Assembly (NCBI RefSeq): GCF_000315625.1
Contig: NW_005434656.1
Location: forward strand, 872,638-936,637
DNA: 64,000 bases
From: Guillardia theta CCMP2712
Lineage: Eukaryota > Protista > Cryptophyta
Direction: 5' to 3'
The translations under genes and the position numbers were made by a program. Positions 59,683-64,000 of the stretch are shown here, one piece after another (within the stretch, counting starts at the first letter, position 1; each line of letters begins with the position of its first letter). The notes below the pieces were generated by a model, which worked only from the letters and a program-made list of their open reading frames with translations, was not told where the DNA came from and ran no database searches.

Positions 59683-60683
59683 ACTTGGAGTCCAAACTCT
59701 CGGGGTATTGGAACTGAGGTTGCTGGTTGTGGATTGTTGTGTGAGCTTTCAGCCTGTTCTGATGACGTACATTTACTTGACCTTGAAACCTTTCCAAACA
59801 AATCGAATCAAAACCCTCTCTTGACAATTCCCCCGTGGCTGGGACTTGAGCTACTTGCTGGGCCTCCGTTTCTGACATGCCTCCCTGGTGCTTTTCCTTG
59901 AGCTGTTGCACACTTATTCCATCAGGGTCGAATCTCCCTTCCTCACCTAGGTTGCTGTAAAAAGCTACGTGTGCGAGGTTGATTTTCTCCAGCTGCTGTT
60001 GCATGTTCGTTTGATTCTCAGAGAAGCTCTCTACTGTCATTTCTAGCGCATGTCTCGCCTGTTATCAGAGCATAAGTGGCAATTCACAAGGCTACACCAA
60101 CGCCTGACGTTGTTTGAAACACACCTTTGCGAGCTTCTCGATAGTGATGGCCGCAGGTGCCTTGGCATTGTAGAGCCTTGATTCAAGCCTCGCACACCGC
60201 TTCTGGTCACGTTGTGAGAGAAGACGAGAGACTCGTACAGAACAAGAGTGCAGAACCTCCACATCCTTCCTTTGCTGCGCTTCAATGTCCAGCTTTGCCT
60301 GCAGGTCCTTTATGATCTACCCATACAAAATCAAGTCCTTGACAGGCATTTGCGATGTTGCTCACGTTTTCAAGCATGATGACTTCCTGCAAGTGTCGTG
60401 ATCTTGTTTCTTCAAGATATGCTGCTCTGTCCACATCACGCCTGCGGAACTTCTCTACTTTTTCTCTCAGCTCCAGGATCCTCTGCTCCCTCTCCTCGGC
60501 CAGCTGAACAGCTTCAGCCTCCTTGGCGCGAGCTTTCTGGATGAGCGCATGCAAGTGCTTGGCGTCCTCCTTCCTCAGAGAGATCTCGTTCTTCCTCGCA
60601 TGTCATCGCCAGCGCCAGTCCCTCCCCTCCCTTACCTGCAACTCCTCACACTGCCTCCGCGTTCTCTCCGCACTCCCTGCCAT
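59642..60683 (-). CDS. Hypothetical coiled-coil protein, multi-exon
   Basis: MAGSAERTRRQCEELQ|...LHALIQKARAKEAEAVQLAEEREQRILELREKVEK; last exon 59642-60040. Confidence 0.5.
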
Positions 60684-60740
60684 GGTTCTCAGACCACTGA
60701 CATTTTTTTTAATATTTTTTTTCTTTTACAGCGGCGGGGC

Positions 60741-64000
<3,260 letters not shown>

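Overview
Gene-dense eukaryotic nuclear DNA with many short (~40-55 nt) GT-AG introns, microsatellite-filled longer introns and bipartite (signal + Phe-transit) plastid presequences. These traits and the repeated RWP-RK genes fit a cryptophyte alga (Guillardia/Hanusia-like; inference). Recognisable genes: an LTO1-type thioredoxin domain protein, a GT-A-like glycosyltransferase, a SAM methyltransferase, VMP1, a SAM-domain sphingomyelin-synthase-related protein, a Dgk1-like CTP-dependent kinase, a MORN-repeat protein, an RluA pseudouridine synthase, prolyl-tRNA synthetase with an N-terminal ProXp/YbaK domain, an LRR protein, zeta-carotene desaturase, three RWP-RK paralogs, a PDZ/coiled-coil protein, a HEAT protein, a USP deubiquitinase and an hnRNP-H/F-like RRM protein. 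Manual splicing reveals features the ORF track misses: a plant-type mitochondrial TatB-like gene (50192-51214), a signal-peptide + 'LRLLTLRGG' protein with a TFIIS-N-like domain (60741 to window end), and a third copy of an unknown ~100-aa protein family (1-2961). Non-coding signals include a recurrent 31-46 bp motif near the RWP-RK genes, LINE-like relics, and mirror-symmetric G-rich/AT-rich/C-rich divergent intergenic regions. Exon boundaries were assembled by eye and are approximate; no database searches were run.
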